From positions 88,474,001 through 88,538,000 of the forward strand of contig OZ024740.1 in NCBI GenBank assembly GCA_964016885.1: a stretch of DNA of 64,000 nucleotides. Reading direction: 5' to 3'. The DNA comes from Eledone cirrhosa (lineage: Eukaryota). Below the pieces are notes generated by a model. The model was not told the DNA's origin. It ran no database searches and saw only the letters and a list, made by a program, of their open reading frames with translations. The stretch's first letter is position 1, and each line of letters opens with the position of its first letter. This document shows positions 1 through 13,700 of the stretch, in pieces. The translations under genes and the position numbers were made by a program.

Positions 1-77
1 AGGACATTTGGGCATTGGCTATGGCTCGTTCTTTTGGTATAATATCGGTATAACAATTGCCAGAGCAAAAGCGTTAT

Positions 78-78
78 G

Positions 79-135
<57 letters not shown>

Positions 136-159
136 AATAATAATAATAATAATAATAAT
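78..159. repeat. (AAC)n(AAT)n compound microsatellite; flank of Tx1 copy 1
   Basis: Direct reading of the sequence. Confidence 0.98.
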
Positions 160-409
160 GTTTTCTTTATTAACCACAAGGGTTTATATAAAGTATACAT
201 TAAGGACAGTACAGGACAATACAGGACAGTACAAATGGGCATTTCTGCGTGTAAAAAAAACAGAGGTTGAAATAAAATAACAAAGAAAAATTCCCCAATA
301 GGGGGAAGACTTCCGAGGGACATTTGTGGAGAAAGCCCATTAAAAGACCACAGTGACCCTGACCACCAGGGCAAGTGCCCTCTCCCAGTTTCCCACCTTT
401 AATTTACAG

Positions 410-2496
410 ACACATACTCAGAATAGACCCATTCACTCGGGCCATTCTTGCCTCTCTCACCCATCTTTCAATAAAATGCGAGAAGAGAGCACTTCCCTTT
501 CTACCCTGATTTTCCTTTTCAAATGAAATTTGAAAGAGTTAATCAGGGCATCACCGAAGAGGTAAGTGCTCGTCTTCAGCCCTTTCAAACGTGTCCACCA
601 TACTATCTCTTTCGCCATGGCCACCAGACAGATAAAAACTGCCTACACTTCCCGGCTAAAGGAAGAGGGCGGGGCAATCCTCACGATGGACTCAGCTGAT
701 AGCTGGATCCGTCCTACACGCGACAGCAGGTGTTCGACATAAACCCACAAGTCAGCAATGCTCGGACACTGGACGAGTGCGTGCAGAACGGTTTCGCCGC
801 CCTGTGCGCATCTCGGACATGCCCGGCTGACGGCACCTCCATACCTGTAGAGTTTATCCCGAACTGGCAAAGCTCCTCAGTAGCACTGCCAGGCCAGGGA
901 TTTCTGGAAGTTGTCCATAGGCCCCGGCCCGAAAGTTCTTCCGAAGAGATTGGCTAGTTGATTTTTGACATATGGGCCTGAAATTATCTATGTTATCCCC
1001 CTTGTTCGGATCCTTTCTCAGCAGCGCCACAGCTCCTCGGCTCACAGAGCTGGGAATTCTCCCGTTCAGTTGCAGTAGAGGTCCGCCAATAGGCCTCCGA
1101 ACAAGTCTGGCATCTGTACGTAAAGTTCATAGGGCAGACCATCCAAACCAGGCGATTTACCCCTTGTGCAGCTAGTCATTGCCTCCCGTACTTCAGCGGC
1201 TGTTATCGTCTTTTCGCAACACTCCCCGTCAGTGGTCGAGAGCCTCGGCAGTCCGTCGAGGTAGACACTAAAGTCCATCCCTCGATCCGGCCCGCCGCTG
1301 CCCCCGAACAACTGAGCGAAGTGTCGCTGAAAAGATTCACACATTTGCCCGGTATCGAGTAGCATGCACCTGTCGTGGTCCACCAAAGACCGGATCGTGG
1401 CTTTGTTGCCACGATGCGCCTCCGCCACTCGGGCCCATTGAACGGCTTTCGTCCCCTCGTGTCTCAGAGCACGCACCCTAGCTCTGACAACGCAGCCTTC
1501 GTGCTTTGCATTGCAGAATTGGTCAAGGGCCAATTTCGCCGCAAGTACGTGGGTCGCGATGCCTTTGCTAAGCGCCTCGTCTAATTTTCTAACTAATTCT
1601 CCCTCTGCTCTATTTTTCTCTATTGCTAAAACCTTACTAAACCTAATGGACTCTATTCTAATTGCTCTTTTCAGAGCAAAGCACCACTTGTTGTTGACGA
1701 TGGCCCCCGTCAACGCCCGCTTAACTAGTTTGCTAATCCGGTCTCTGTAGGCCTTGCGCGCTGGTAAGGACGCGTTTATGAAGCCTATCTAAGTCAAGTA
1801 CACAGATCACGAATTTGTGGTCCGTGTAGCTGACTGTCTTGAATTGTGGCAGACTATGCTAGACCTATCTATTTCTCTACAGAATACTCTATCTAGATAT
1901 GATCTGGATGACCCTATGCGATTTGTCCAAGTCCACATTGGCACATTCGGGAAATCCAATCGGTACCTGTCAAACAGTTCAAAACGCCTGAGCAGGTTGG
2001 TGAGGCTCTTGCACCCTACTCCACTATCCGCTAATCCCACACAGTCGCAGCGTGCATCTAAGATCCCGTTCCAGTCGCCCACTAACACTAAAGAGCGGGA
2101 CGTTCCAAGAAAGGTCTCCAGACGCCGGAAGAAATCAGGCCGCCCTGCTCCTGTCAGGGCATAGAGGGCCACTAGCCTGAAAGCTTGCCCGTCTCCGCTG
2201 GTCACGTCCAGCACCAACAACTTACCTTCTGGGTCCAGGAGCATGGCCCGTATGGCAAGATCCAAACCTCTCCGAAAAAGCACAGCAACTCCTGCCCCCG
2301 ATCCCGGACGGCTGGGAGATGCATACACATCTTAGCCGCCGAAGATCGGTGCGAAGGCCCGTGCTTCGGAGATTCTGGTCTCGCTGATGGCCACTACATC
2401 TATGTTTAGTAACCTGAGGTCGTTGAGCAGGTGGCCCTGCTTCCATGACGACCCCAAGCCACGCGCATTTATGCTGGCTATTCTGAGTGAGGTCAT
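410..2496 (-). pseudogene. Tx1 ORF2 (APE endonuclease-RT), disrupted and internally deleted
   Basis: ORFs 1807-2328, 1066-1713, 854-1045 (DNFRPI) and 643-870; YADD region absent. Confidence 0.88.
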
Positions 2497-2530
2497 GTTG
2501 AAATGGAGTGGAAAAGATGGGAAAGACCAC

Positions 2531-4496
2531 TTACCTTACTTCTCGTAGAGGAAGGATGGTTTGCCGATCCTTTTCACTACTTGTGGCCTCCTCCGGAAGG
2601 ATGTCCTTATGAATCCTCCTGGAGAGTTTTTGTCGCAAGTCTCCGATGTCTTTGGGGAATTTTTGTTTTAGTGTCGTGTACGTTTTCTGTGTGATGCGAG
2701 TGATTTGTATGTGTGAAGGTGGTGTGAACTTTTGGGTTGTTGTGTACTCTTTTTCTGTGATGCTGGTGTTGTGTTGCATGTAGTGTAATAATTGGTTGTT
2801 CAAATTTAATGCTGTGTAGTTTGTATCGTTTTGATCATTTTCAATTTTGTTTGCGTCTGTTGTCGGTTTGTTTCTGTAAGCTTTTCGGTGACTTTTGTGG
2901 TGTTGGTGATGGTGGTGTTGGGGTTAATGATGGTGATGGTGTTGGTGTTTGTGGTGATGGGGTTGGTGATGCTGGTGTGGATGGTGGCATATCTGTCTTA
3001 ACTTTCTTGTTCGAAAATTTATTTGTTTCCCTCTGTATTTTGTTTTTTGAGGGTGAAGGAAGAGAATTTTTCTTTTTTGGTTTCTTTTTTTTTCTTTTTT
3101 CCTGATACCGTTTCCCACTCCTCGTCGTCACAATCTGTCTCCAGTTGCGATAAACCGGGGAGTGGAAAATCCTCCACAGGCGTTGGTTTTGGTTGTGGCG
3201 TGGTGGATGGTGTAGGCGCTGGTGCTAGTTCTGGGGCGTTGGATGGTGGTGGTTTTGGTTTTGCTACTGTTGCTGGGGTTGTTGCTCTTACAGTTGCTTC
3301 TGTTGTTGCTGCTACAGTTGTTGCTGCTATTGCTGCTGTTGGTGGTGTTGATGGCTGAGTCACTAGGGTGGGTAAGAGAGGTGGCCTCAACCTTTTAGCC
3401 TGAGGGCAGAAAGCCCTTAGGTGGGTTCCTTCACCACAAACGACACGCCTAGGTCTTCTGCCCTCGACGATTACGGTGAGGTGGCTGCCGTCAGTGAGGT
3501 CTATTACCTCTGGGATCTCTTCAATGCTTTTCTGGTCCGCTTGGATCAGGAGCTCCATCCCAGATCCGGACCAGTTCTCTTGCTTTTCTTTTGCTATTTC
3601 TATTATTTTGGTGTGGGCCTCGATGCTGGCGAGGACGGCAGCCATTAGCCAGGGAATTTCGATGGCCGGTGGAACGTGGGTCACCCTGATCTTCACAAGT
3701 CTCTGTCCACAATAGCTTGGGACGAGTGGGAAGTCGTCACTTCTTAATGGGGCCATGGAGTGTTCTCTGGCCTCCTGTGGTGTTTCAAAGAACACGTCCA
3801 CTGTTCCATACTTCTGCCCACGTCTGATGTGGGCTTTTTTTGTCCACACATGTCCCAAAGCTTTTTGGATTTGGGACTCACATGCCCGTTCCACTCGGCG
3901 CGATTTTATGTTTATTGTCAGATAAGACACGGTGCATAGGCGACGTTGCTTCATTTTATTAGGTGGGGGTGGGGGTGGGGTGAGGCTGAACTGTACCCAT
4001 CTTTCTTTACCATTCCTTTGGCTTCGTCTAATTCTTCCTGATTTACCTGAATCGTTTCGCACGTTTTTGCTACTCTGGCAAATCTCAGGGTATTTTTCTT
4101 AATTTCATTGTTGCTGTTGTTATTATCGTTATTTTTGCTATTGTTAATTTTAGTTTCAGTTGTGGTGGTGGTGGTGGCAGTGGTGTTCGGTGTGGAATAG
4201 TTCATTTTGGTTGAATTCAATTCGATATCATGAGTTAATTAATTTATTTTTTCTTTTGTTTCTGTTGTCGCTGTGGTGGTGGTGGGGATGGTGGTTGTCG
4301 CGGTGGTGGTAGTGGTGGTGGCGGCTTTAACACCTGCAGTCATTGGTAATGGCGGGAAATGAACGTCTGCCTGAGACAAATTTAAAATATTGCTACTGCT
4401 TACAATTCCAGTGTTGGAAAACGTAGCAATGTTTACAATGGTGGTGTCGGTGTGAGGTGTTGGATTGTGAGGAAGGAGTGAATCTGAGTCATCCAT
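2531..4496 (-). pseudogene. Tx1 ORF1 (gag-like), frameshifted
   Basis: ORF fragments 4239-4496, 3951-4220, 3019-4062, 2841-3131, 2531-2803; VEGRRP..C..CG..H...CP matches the intact ORF1 at 60506. Confidence 0.85.
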
Positions 4497-4713
4497 TATT
4501 TTTCAAAGAAAAAATTCTTTGTTTGATAATTATAAAAAGTTTAAATTTTGGGCTCAAGGCCCCAATATTTTTGAGTGTCCTTTTTAGAAATCAATCTATG
4601 TGCACTTATATACACTTAACAATAAAATTTTTCCATAAATGGCAATTATAAACAACTGAAAATAACAAACCTTTGCGGAGTTCACGATGATACGATTTAC
4701 TACGTAGGTCGCC

Positions 4714-4743
<30 letters not shown>
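4714..4743. repeat. (AAT)10 spacer between Tx1 copies
   Basis: Direct reading. Confidence 0.97.
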
Positions 4744-4745
<2 letters not shown>

Positions 4746-5805
4746 TTTCTTTATTAACCACAAGGGTTTACATAAAGTAGACATTAAGGACAGTGCAGGA
4801 CAATGCAGGACGGTACAAATGGGCATTTCTGCGTGTAAAAAACAAAAACAGAGGATGTAACAAAAAATAACAATGAAAAATTCCCCAATAGGGGTGAGAC
4901 TTCGGAGGGACATTTGTGGAGAAAGCCCAGTAAAAAGCCACAATGACCCTGACCACCAAGGCAAGTGCCCTCTCCCAGTTTTCCACCTTTAATTTACAGA
5001 TATATACTCAGAGTATATATCTATATATTCACTCGGGCCATTCTTGCTTCTCTCACCCATCTTTCAACAAAATGCTGGGAAGAGAGCACTTCCCTCTCTA
5101 CTCTGATTTTCCTTTTCAAATGAAACTTGAAAAAGTCAATCAGAGCATCACCGAAGAGGTAAGTGCTCGTCTTCAGCCCTTTCAAACGTGTCCACCATAC
5201 TATCTCTTTCGCCATGGCCACCAGACAGATAAAAACTGCCTGCCCTTCCCGGCTAAAGGAGGAGGGCGGGGCAATCCTCACGATGGACTCAGATGATAGC
5301 CGGATCCGTCCTAAACGCGACAGCAGGTGTTCGACATAAACCCACAAGTCAGCAATTTTCGGACACTGGACGAGTGCGTGCAGGACGGTTTCGTCGCCCT
5401 GCGTGCATCTCGGACATGCCCGGCTGACGGCACCTCCATGCCTGTAGAGTTTATCCCGAACTGGCAAGGCTCCTCGGTAGCACTGCCAGGCCAGAGATTT
5501 CTGGAAGTTGTCCATAGGCCCTGGCCCGAAAGTTCTTCCGAAGAGATTGGCTAGTTGATTTTCGTCGACGCCTAGAGTTTCCCCAAGTACGTCGTCGCTC
5601 TTCCCCTCCACTAATCCTCTATAGAACGCCGAGGTGGAGTTTCCACCGATCACATTGCCCGATTGGTCGAGGGCTGTGAGCGCCTGAAGACATTCCAGTC
5701 TCCAGGCGCTCCCTCTCGGTCTTCGCTTGACCCAGGACTGCAGCTCCGTCAAGGAAACGAGCTGGGAAAATACCTGTCTAGCAAACGGCGACCACACCTG
5801 ATCAC
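4744..5805 (-). mobile_element. Tx1 copy 2, 5'-truncated (3' UTR plus ORF2 C-terminus)
   Basis: Near-identical to 160-960 and 10790-11825. Confidence 0.92.
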
Positions 5806-6883
5806 CCTCACCCTCCTTTCCAGGTGAAACTTGAAGAAGTTGATGAGGGATTGGCCGAATAGAAAAGTGTCTGTCTTTAGTCCTTTCAACCTGGTCCACC
5901 ATATAATCTCTTTCGCAACTGCCACCAGACAGAGGAAAATGTCCTGCTCTTCCTGACCTAAGGAAGGTGGCGGCTCGATCTTCACTATGGACTCGGCCGA
6001 TAACTGGATTCGTTCCACACGCGACAGTAGCTGTTCGACATAACTCCACAAGTCAGTAATGCACGGACATTGGATAAGTGCGTGCAGAACGGTTTCGTCG
6101 TTCTGTGCGCATCTTGGGCAGGTCTATCTGACAGCACTTCTGTGCCTGTAGAGTTTATCCCGAACCGGCAGTTCCCCCCGGTAGCACTGCCAAGCGAGGG
6201 TTTTCTGGAAATTGTCCATCGTCCCCGGCTCAAAAGTCCTCCGGTACAGACTGGTCAGTTCGACTTCGTCGAGGCCCAAAGCTTCTCCGAGTGCGTCATC
6301 GCAATTGCCCACCACTAATCCTCTATAGAACTCGAGAGTGGAAGTTCCACTGATCGCATTGCCCGCCTGGTAGAGGGCAGTGAGTGCCTGGCAACATTCC
6401 AGGAGCCAGTCACCCAGTCTCGGTGTCTTCTTGACACAGGACTGCAGCTCAGTCAAAGAAATGAGCTGCGGAAAGGCCCGTCTGATAAACGGCGACCACC
6501 CCTGTTCACCATTGTGGCAGAATATCTGGAGATGTCGCAGCCTCAACGCATGTCTGCGCATCATTAGCCACGGCATGCCCAGCCCTCCGCGTAGAGGGTG
6601 CTGGCAGCAGATGGACCGCCTCACCATTGGAACTTGTCCCTTTCCCAAGAATTTGAAGAGGAGCCGTTCCAACTTGACGAGGCGCGGACGGGGGCAAGGC
6701 ACGACGGTTAGGCGGTAATAGATGACGGACGCGATGTACGCATTCGCCACCTCCGCGCGACCTTTCAGTGATAGCTTCCTCCCAGCCCATTTTTGGGTGA
6801 GACTGGCTACTCTGCTCGTTACCACGTCCCAATTCTTTTCCACCTGGAGGTCTGGTCCGAACCAAACCCCGAGCAACTTTACT
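5806..6883 (-). mobile_element. Fragment of a diverged Tx1 subfamily (ORF2 C-terminal third)
   Basis: ORFs 6124-6894 (KLLGVWFGPD, LSLKGRA, GGLGMP) and 5749-6051 are paralogous to, but diverged from, 11018-12190. Confidence 0.88.
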
Positions 6884-6899
6884 AATAATAACAAATAAT

Positions 6900-9800
6900 A
6901 ATAATAAAAACAAAAAAACGTAAAGAAAATAAGAATGAAGGGAGAAACAAACGGACGGACAGAGAAGGGAAGGGAAAAACTAAGTCAGACATTCGAACAC
7001 TACATTACAATGAAACTTGTAATGCTTATTCATTTTTGGGGTTCTTTCTGCCTGTTTGTTTGTTTGTTTATTTGTGTTCGTCTACAGCGTGATAATGCCA
7101 CACAAGAGCCACGTGGAGCGATGCAACCACCGGAGACGGTGAATCCACAGGTGGTTATGTAACAATACATTCGCCAATCCTCGATAAGAGTGTTTAAATG
7201 TCGAACCTAAACAGTTCGAATAACGGTGAAATGGAGACTAGAATGTCATGTGACAGACTCTCACCCAACAGGTGCACCCTGGCTCAGCAGCAGGGACCTG
7301 GCTGTCAACCAAATACTGCTGGTGTCGGAGGAAGAAGAAGAAGGAAAGGGACCAGAACCAACTGGACGAAAGAATTGAATAGAACTGTTATGCAATGTTA
7401 CCTGAAAAGTAACCCCAAGGAGAGGGGCTATAGGAGACGGATGCATAACATCTGGAACGAGATTGGTCTATTTAAATTAGATGAACAAAAATTGGCCGGG
7501 CAGGCTCGGGTAATAAGAACTAATGTGTGGATAAGCGAGCTGGAACTGGAGGAACTGAGCAGAGAGATTAGATTGGAGATGGAGGGTGGAGTATGCCAGG
7601 CAAGCGAGCCAGTGGGAAATGAAGGTGAAGAGGTCGAGAGAACGGAAGAACCACCCGAATCAGACAATGATCTGAATACTGAGATAAATAATACCTGGAA
7701 TAGAGATACGGCCACTGAGAAGATGAATGTTGACGGGCTAGGACAAGATGTGGTTGACATCCTAAATTTGGTGGTAGATGAATTGAACAATGATAGTGGG
7801 AGACCTATGAACCTAAGATTTGTAGACAGGAAAAAGTTAAAAGAAACAACAGCTAAGGTAAACAAAGTCATCCCATACCTTGAGGCGAGGAGCCTTCACC
7901 AGTGCAACAATATCCTCAAAGCAACAGCAAATACGGTGAGGAGACTACTTGGTATAAAAGCGAGAGGAAACAACAGACAAGAGAGAGCAGAGCCTTGGTG
8001 GAAGAAACGACTGAGTCAGGGAAATGAGAAATGACATTGGAAAGCTTGAGTCACTACTGAATGGGACACTAAAAAACATAGACACTAAAAATAGACTGGA
8101 AATAAAGTACAAAACTAGGAGGTAAAAGCTAAATATTATCATAGAGGAACTGAAGCAACGCATTGTAGCAAAGAGTGCAAAAATCAGGCGATACGAGAAC
8201 AGAGTCAGTCAGTATAAACAGAACCGCATGTTCGACAACAACCAGAACATGCTGTTTGGACAGCTTGAGGGGAAAGAAAAGGCAACGACTCGATCCCTGA
8301 GGCGGAACAAACTAAAACATTCTGGAGAGGAATATGGGAGCAGGATGTTAGACATAATGACCAGGCAATGTGGATTGAGACAGTACAGAAGGAGATCGGT
8401 GAACAGGCACACCAACAAACTGATTTGAGTATCACAGTTGAAACTCTTAAGGGGCAGGCCAAAGAACTAACCAACTGGAAATCACCAGGCCCAGATGGTG
8501 TGCAGGGGTATTGGATTAAAAATATCATCCCTCCACCCGAAACTGACAACCATGTTCAATGACTGCTTGATGTCAGGTGAGGTACCAGAGTGGTTGACAA
8601 AAGGTACCACAGTTCTGATAATGAAAGACCAAATCAAGGGTAATGATGTTACCAACTATAGACCTATCACATGTCTGTCCGTAATGTGGAAACTGTTGAC
8701 GAGCATTGTGTCTGAGGAAATCTACCATCACCTCCACACAAACAACTTGTTACCGGACGAACAGAAAGGATGCCGAAAGAAGTCACGTGGTACAAAGGAC
8801 CAGTTACTTATTGATAAGATGGTAAAGGGGAATTGCAGGAGGAGACACACTGATCTTGCCATGGGATGGATAGACTACAGAAAGGCATTTGACATGGTGC
8901 CTCATTCTTGGATCACCAAAAGCCTGGAGATCTTCAAGGTGGCAGATAACATCAGACAGTTGTTGGGCAAAAGTATGAGGTCCTGGGAAACAGAGTTGAC
9001 ATCAACTGGAGAATCCTTGGGAAGCGTGAAGATCAAGAGAGGTATCTTCCAGGGAGATAGCCTGCCCCCTCTGCTGTTTGTCCTTGCCCTAATGCCCCTG
9101 ACCAGCGTACTGCGAAAAGTGAGAGCAGGATACAGGTTGGGAAAGGGAGGGCTTACCATCAATCACCTCCTCTTCATGGACGATCTTAAGCTCTTCGGGA
9201 AGAGTGAGAAGGAGTTGGATGTGCTTGTTGACACTGTCCGTATTTTCAGCAGTGATATATGTATGCAATTTCGTATTAGTAAGTGTGGAGTCCTTGTGAT
9301 GAGGAGGGGTAAATTGAGCAGAAGTAACGGAATACAGATACCAACAGGTGAGATGATAAAGGAAATTGACTCTGAGGAAGGATACAAGTATTTGGGCGTT
9401 CTGGAGGCTGATGGCATAAAGAACAAAAAAATGAAGGAATTGTTAAGAACTGAATACATTCGGAGAGTCAGGAGCGTATTGAAGTCACATCTGAACATAG
9501 AAATGCCATAAGCGCAGTAAATTCCCGAGCTGTGTCTATTATTAGGTACAGTGCGGGAATTCTGAGATGGAATGTTGCTGAACAAAAAGAAATGGATAGG
9601 AAGACTAGGAAGCTATTGACTATCTACAACATGTTCCACAAGAGGAGTGATGTCGATAGACTCTACTTAAGGAGATCTGAGGGTGGAAGAGGTCTTATCA
9701 GCATAGAGGACTGTGTTCAGATGGAGAAAAACAACCTACACAAATACGTGACTGATAGTAAGGAGCCAATGCTCAGAACTGTACTGAAGGAGGGGACAAT

Positions 9801-10685
9801 AGGCCAGGGGATGTCCAAGGAGGAAATAACATCAAGGACAAAGAGCAGCCTTCAGGAAAAATCCCTTCATAGTACCTTCTTTGAGAAAGCTGAATTTAGA
9901 GATCCACAGACATGGAACTGATTGAGAAGAGGAGACCTTAAAAAGGCTACAGAAGGAATGTTAATGGCTGCCCAGGAGCAGGCCCTCAAAACGAAGTGGT
10001 TGAAATACCATATTTACAAGGAGGAGGCTAGCCCACTGTGCAGGATCTGTGGAGAGAGAGAGGAGACTGTGGCTCACATTGTATCCGAGTGTAAACACCT
10101 AGCCCAGACCCACTATAAGGGCTGGAGACATGATGTGATGGGCAGGGTGATCCACTGGCACCTGTGCAAAGTAAACAATTTACCATATTCTGAGAAATGG
10201 TATGAGCATAAGCCAGAGGCGGTGATAGAGTACGACCAGGTGAAGGTGCTGTGGGATTTTAGGATACAGACGGACAAGAAACTGGAACACAATAGACCTG
10301 ACCTGGTGGTTGTGGACAAAGAAAAAATATCGTGTCTGATTGTGGATGTGGCCTGCCCATTTGACACGAGATTGCAAGAGAAGGAGAGGGAGAAAATTAA
10401 CCGATACCAGGACTTAAAGTGGGAGGTAAAAAGGATTTGGAACTGCCATGAAGTCAAAGTGGTCCCGATTGTCACAGGCGCACTGGGGACTATCTCCAAA
10501 AGTTTCCAGGGATGGTTAAAGAAAATCGGCCCCTTCACGCTTTTTGGAACGCTTCAAAAGGCATGCTTGCTGGGAACAGCAAGAACTCTCCGATACATCC
10601 TGAATATCTGAGGCTGCAGGTAGTGGCTTGATATTCATTCCAACGGACTTTCCAGTTAACTAACATCAATGACTGAGAGTCAGGG
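6900..10685 (+). mobile_element. R4/Dong-clade RLE non-LTR retrotransposon, near full length, with stops and frameshifts
   Basis: N-terminal WTKELNRTVMQCY..GYRRRMHNIW domain; RT motifs KSPGPDG, NYRPITCL, WIDYRKAFD, GIFQGDSL, HLLFMDD; CRICG..ETVAHIVSEC knuckle; RHD..RPDLVV..VDVACPFD..K restriction-like endonuclease; TAA repeats at both flanks. 5' boundary approximate. Confidence 0.92.
7198..10611 (+). pseudogene. Dong single ORF (RT, zinc knuckle, RLE), disrupted
   Basis: Consecutive ORFs 7198-8034, 8368-8562, 8495-9511, 9532-9921, 9922-10611. Confidence 0.9.
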
Positions 10686-10691
10686 AATAAC

Positions 10692-10745
<54 letters not shown>
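10686..10745. repeat. (AAT)n tract shared by the Dong 3' end and the converging SINE/Tx1 3' end
   Basis: Direct reading. Confidence 0.96.
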
Positions 10746-10783
10746 TGTTTCTACTTTAGGCACAAGGCCAGCAATTACCCAGT
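10746..10783 (-). mobile_element. 38-bp 3' end of the tRNA-SINE, fused to Tx1 copy 3
   Basis: tgtttctactttaggcacaaggccagcaattacccagt is identical to 16308-16345. Confidence 0.85.
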
Positions 10784-10789
10784 AGAAGA

Positions 10790-13700
10790 GTTTACATAAA
10801 GTAGACATTAAGGACAGTGCAGGACAAAAAAGGACGGTACAAATGGGCATTTCTGCGTGTAAAAAACAAAAACAGAGGATGTAACAAAAAAGAACAATGA
10901 AAAATTCCCCAATAGGGGGGAGACTTCGGAGGGACATTTGTGGAGAAAGCCCAGTAAAAGCCCACAGTGACCCAGACCACCAATGCAAGTGCCCTTTCCC
11001 AGTTTTCCAACTTTAATTTACAGATAAATACTCAGAGTAGGCCTATTCACTCGGGCCATTCTTGCTTCTCTCACCCATCTTTCAATAAAATGCTGGTAAG
11101 AGAGCACTTCCCTCTCTATTCTGATTTTCCTTTTCAAAAGAAATTTGAAAAAGTCAATCAGGGCATCACCGAAGAGGTAAGTGCTCGTCTTCAGCCCTTT
11201 CAAACGTGTCCACCATACTCTCTCTTTCGCCATGGCCACCAGACAGATAAAAACTGCCTGCCGTTCCCGGCTAAAGGAAGAGGGCGGAGCAATCCTCACG
11301 ATGGACTCAGATAATAGCCAGATCCGTCCTACACGCGTCAGCAGGTGTTCGACATAAACCCACAAGTCAGCAATTTTCGGACACTGGAAGAGTGCGTGCA
11401 GGACGGTTTCGTCGCCCTGCGCGCATCTCGGACATGCCCGGCTGACTGGACGCCCATGCCTGTAGATTTTATCCCGAACTGGCAAGGTTCCTCGGTAGCA
11501 CTGCCAGGCCAGAGATTTCTGGAAGTTGTCCATAGGCCCTGGCACGATAGTTCTTTCGAAGAGATTGTCTAGTTGATTTTCGTCGACGCTTAGAGTTTCC
11601 CCAAGTACGTCGTCGCTCTTCCCCTCCACTAATCCTCTATAGAACGCCGAGGTGGAGTTTCCACCGATCACATTGCCAGATTGGTCGAGGTCTGTTAGCG
11701 TCTGAAGACATTCCAGTCTCCAGGCGCTCCCTCTCGGTCTTCGCTTGACCCAGGACTGCAGCTCCGTCAAGGAAACGAGCTGGGAAAATACCTGTCTAGC
11801 AAACGGCGACCACACCTGATCACTGTCGAGGAAGAGGTGGAGAAGTCGTAGCCTGAGCGCGTGTCTGCGCATCATCAGCCACGGCATTCCCAGCCCTCCA
11901 CGTAGCGGGTGTTGACAGCAGATGGACCGCTGACCATCGGAGCGCGTCCCTTCCACAAAAAAAGAAAGAGCAAATGCTCCAGCGCAGTCAGGCGGGGCTT
12001 AGGACAAGGTACGACGGTCAGGCGGTAGCAGATGACAGACGCGATGTACGCGTTAGCCACCTGCGCTCGACCTTTTAGGGATAGCTTCCTCTCCGCCCAT
12101 TTCTGAATGAGAGAAGCCACCCTGCCCGTCACCTCGTCCCAATTTTTGTCCGTCTGGAGGTCCGGACCGAACCAGACCCCTAGCAATTTAACCGCTCCGT
12201 CCGTCCAGCGTCCGACGACGCTGTTGGACGGCATGGACCTGCCTCTCCAGGTGCCGAGCTGCAGGCTCACTGACTTTTCCTGGTTGATCATTGCTCCTGT
12301 CACCGCTTCGTATTTTCTTAATGTAGTGCCGATCGACTCGATGTGTTTGGCGTTCGACACCACTACGGTGACATCGTCCGCATATGTTGACACGGATCTT
12401 CCGCATCCTAGTTCGCGCGGGACACCCTTCAACGTCTCCAGTTTGTGCAGTAATGGCTCGAGATTCAATACGTACAAAAGCGACGAGAGGGGACATCCTT
12501 GGCGGACTGAGCGCATGATGTTGAACGGTTCCGAAAGGTGACCGTTCACTCTCACCACAGAGCAGATGTCGCTGTGCATGGCAGCGATCCAGCCTCTGAA
12601 GACGGGCCCAAAGCCAGCCGCGCTCAGGACTGCCGCTAGGTAACGATGGTCGACCCTATCGAAAGCTTTCGACTGATCTAAATTGATCAAAGACCCACCC
12701 GTGCCAGGTTCCCTAGCTACCCTCTCTACGATGTATCGCATGAGGTGGATGTTGTCGCGGATGGATCTGTCGGGAATGGCGTATGTCTGCGCCTCTCCCA
12801 CCAGACCACCAACGACAAGCGCCAACCTCTTTGCTAGCACCTTGGCCAAAATCTTGAACTCTGTGTTTAGCAGCGTTATGGGCCTGAAATTATCTATGTT
12901 ATCCCCATTGTTCGGATTCTTTCTCAGCAGTGTCACCGCTCCTCGGCTCACAGAGCTGGGAATTCTCCCGTTCTGTTGCCAGTTGCAGAAGACCTCCGCC
13001 AAGAGGCCTCCGAACAAGTCTGGCATCTGTACGTAAAGTTCATAGGGCAGACCATCCGAACCAGGCGATTTAGCCCTTGTGCAGCTAGTCATTGCCTCCC
13101 GTACTTCGCAACACTCCACCTCAGTGGCCGAGAGCCGCGGAAGTCTGTCGAGGTAGACTCTAAAGTCCATCCCTCGACCCGGCCCACCGCTGCCCCCGAA
13201 CAGCTGAGCGAAGTGTCGCTGAAAAGCTTCACACATTTACCCGGGATCGAGTAGCATGCGCCCGTCATGGTCCACCAAAGACCGGATCGTGGCTTTGTTA
13301 CCACGACGCGCCTCCGCCACTCGGGCCCATTGAACGGCTTTCGTCCCGTCTTGTCTGAGAGCACGCACCCTTGCTCTGACAACGCAGCCTTCGTGCTTTG
13401 CATTGAAGAATTGGTCAAGAGCCAATTTCGCCGCAAGCACGTCGGTCGCGATGCCTTTGCTAAGCGCCTCGTCTAATTTTCTAACTAGTTCTGCCTCAGC
13501 TCTATTTTTCTCTATTGGTAAAGCCTTACTAAACCTAATGGACTCTATTCTAATCGCTCTTTTCAGAGCAAAGCACCACTTGTTGTTGACGATGGCCCCC
13601 GTCAACGCCCGCTTAACTAGTTCGCTAATCCGGTCTCTGTAGGCCTTGCGCGCTGGTAAGGACGAGTTTAGCCTCCAGTAGCCGGGTCCTCGTCTATGAA

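Larger units (their letters stand above)
160..4713 (-). mobile_element. Tx1-clade non-LTR retrotransposon, copy 1; both ends present, RT core deleted, frameshifted
   Basis: ORF1 pieces with CCHC-like knuckle (VVCGEGTHLRAFCP); APE endonuclease motifs (SINARGL, LVGDWN, SYLDRVF); KSPGLDGLPYELY; C-terminal CPRC..ETVLHALVQC. About 1.3 kb missing near 968 relative to copy 3. (AAT)n on both sides. Confidence 0.93.

Noticed and set aside
7060-7200. HDV-like ribozyme in the Dong 5' UTR
   Set aside because: Plausible for the clade, but I could not build the double pseudoknot.
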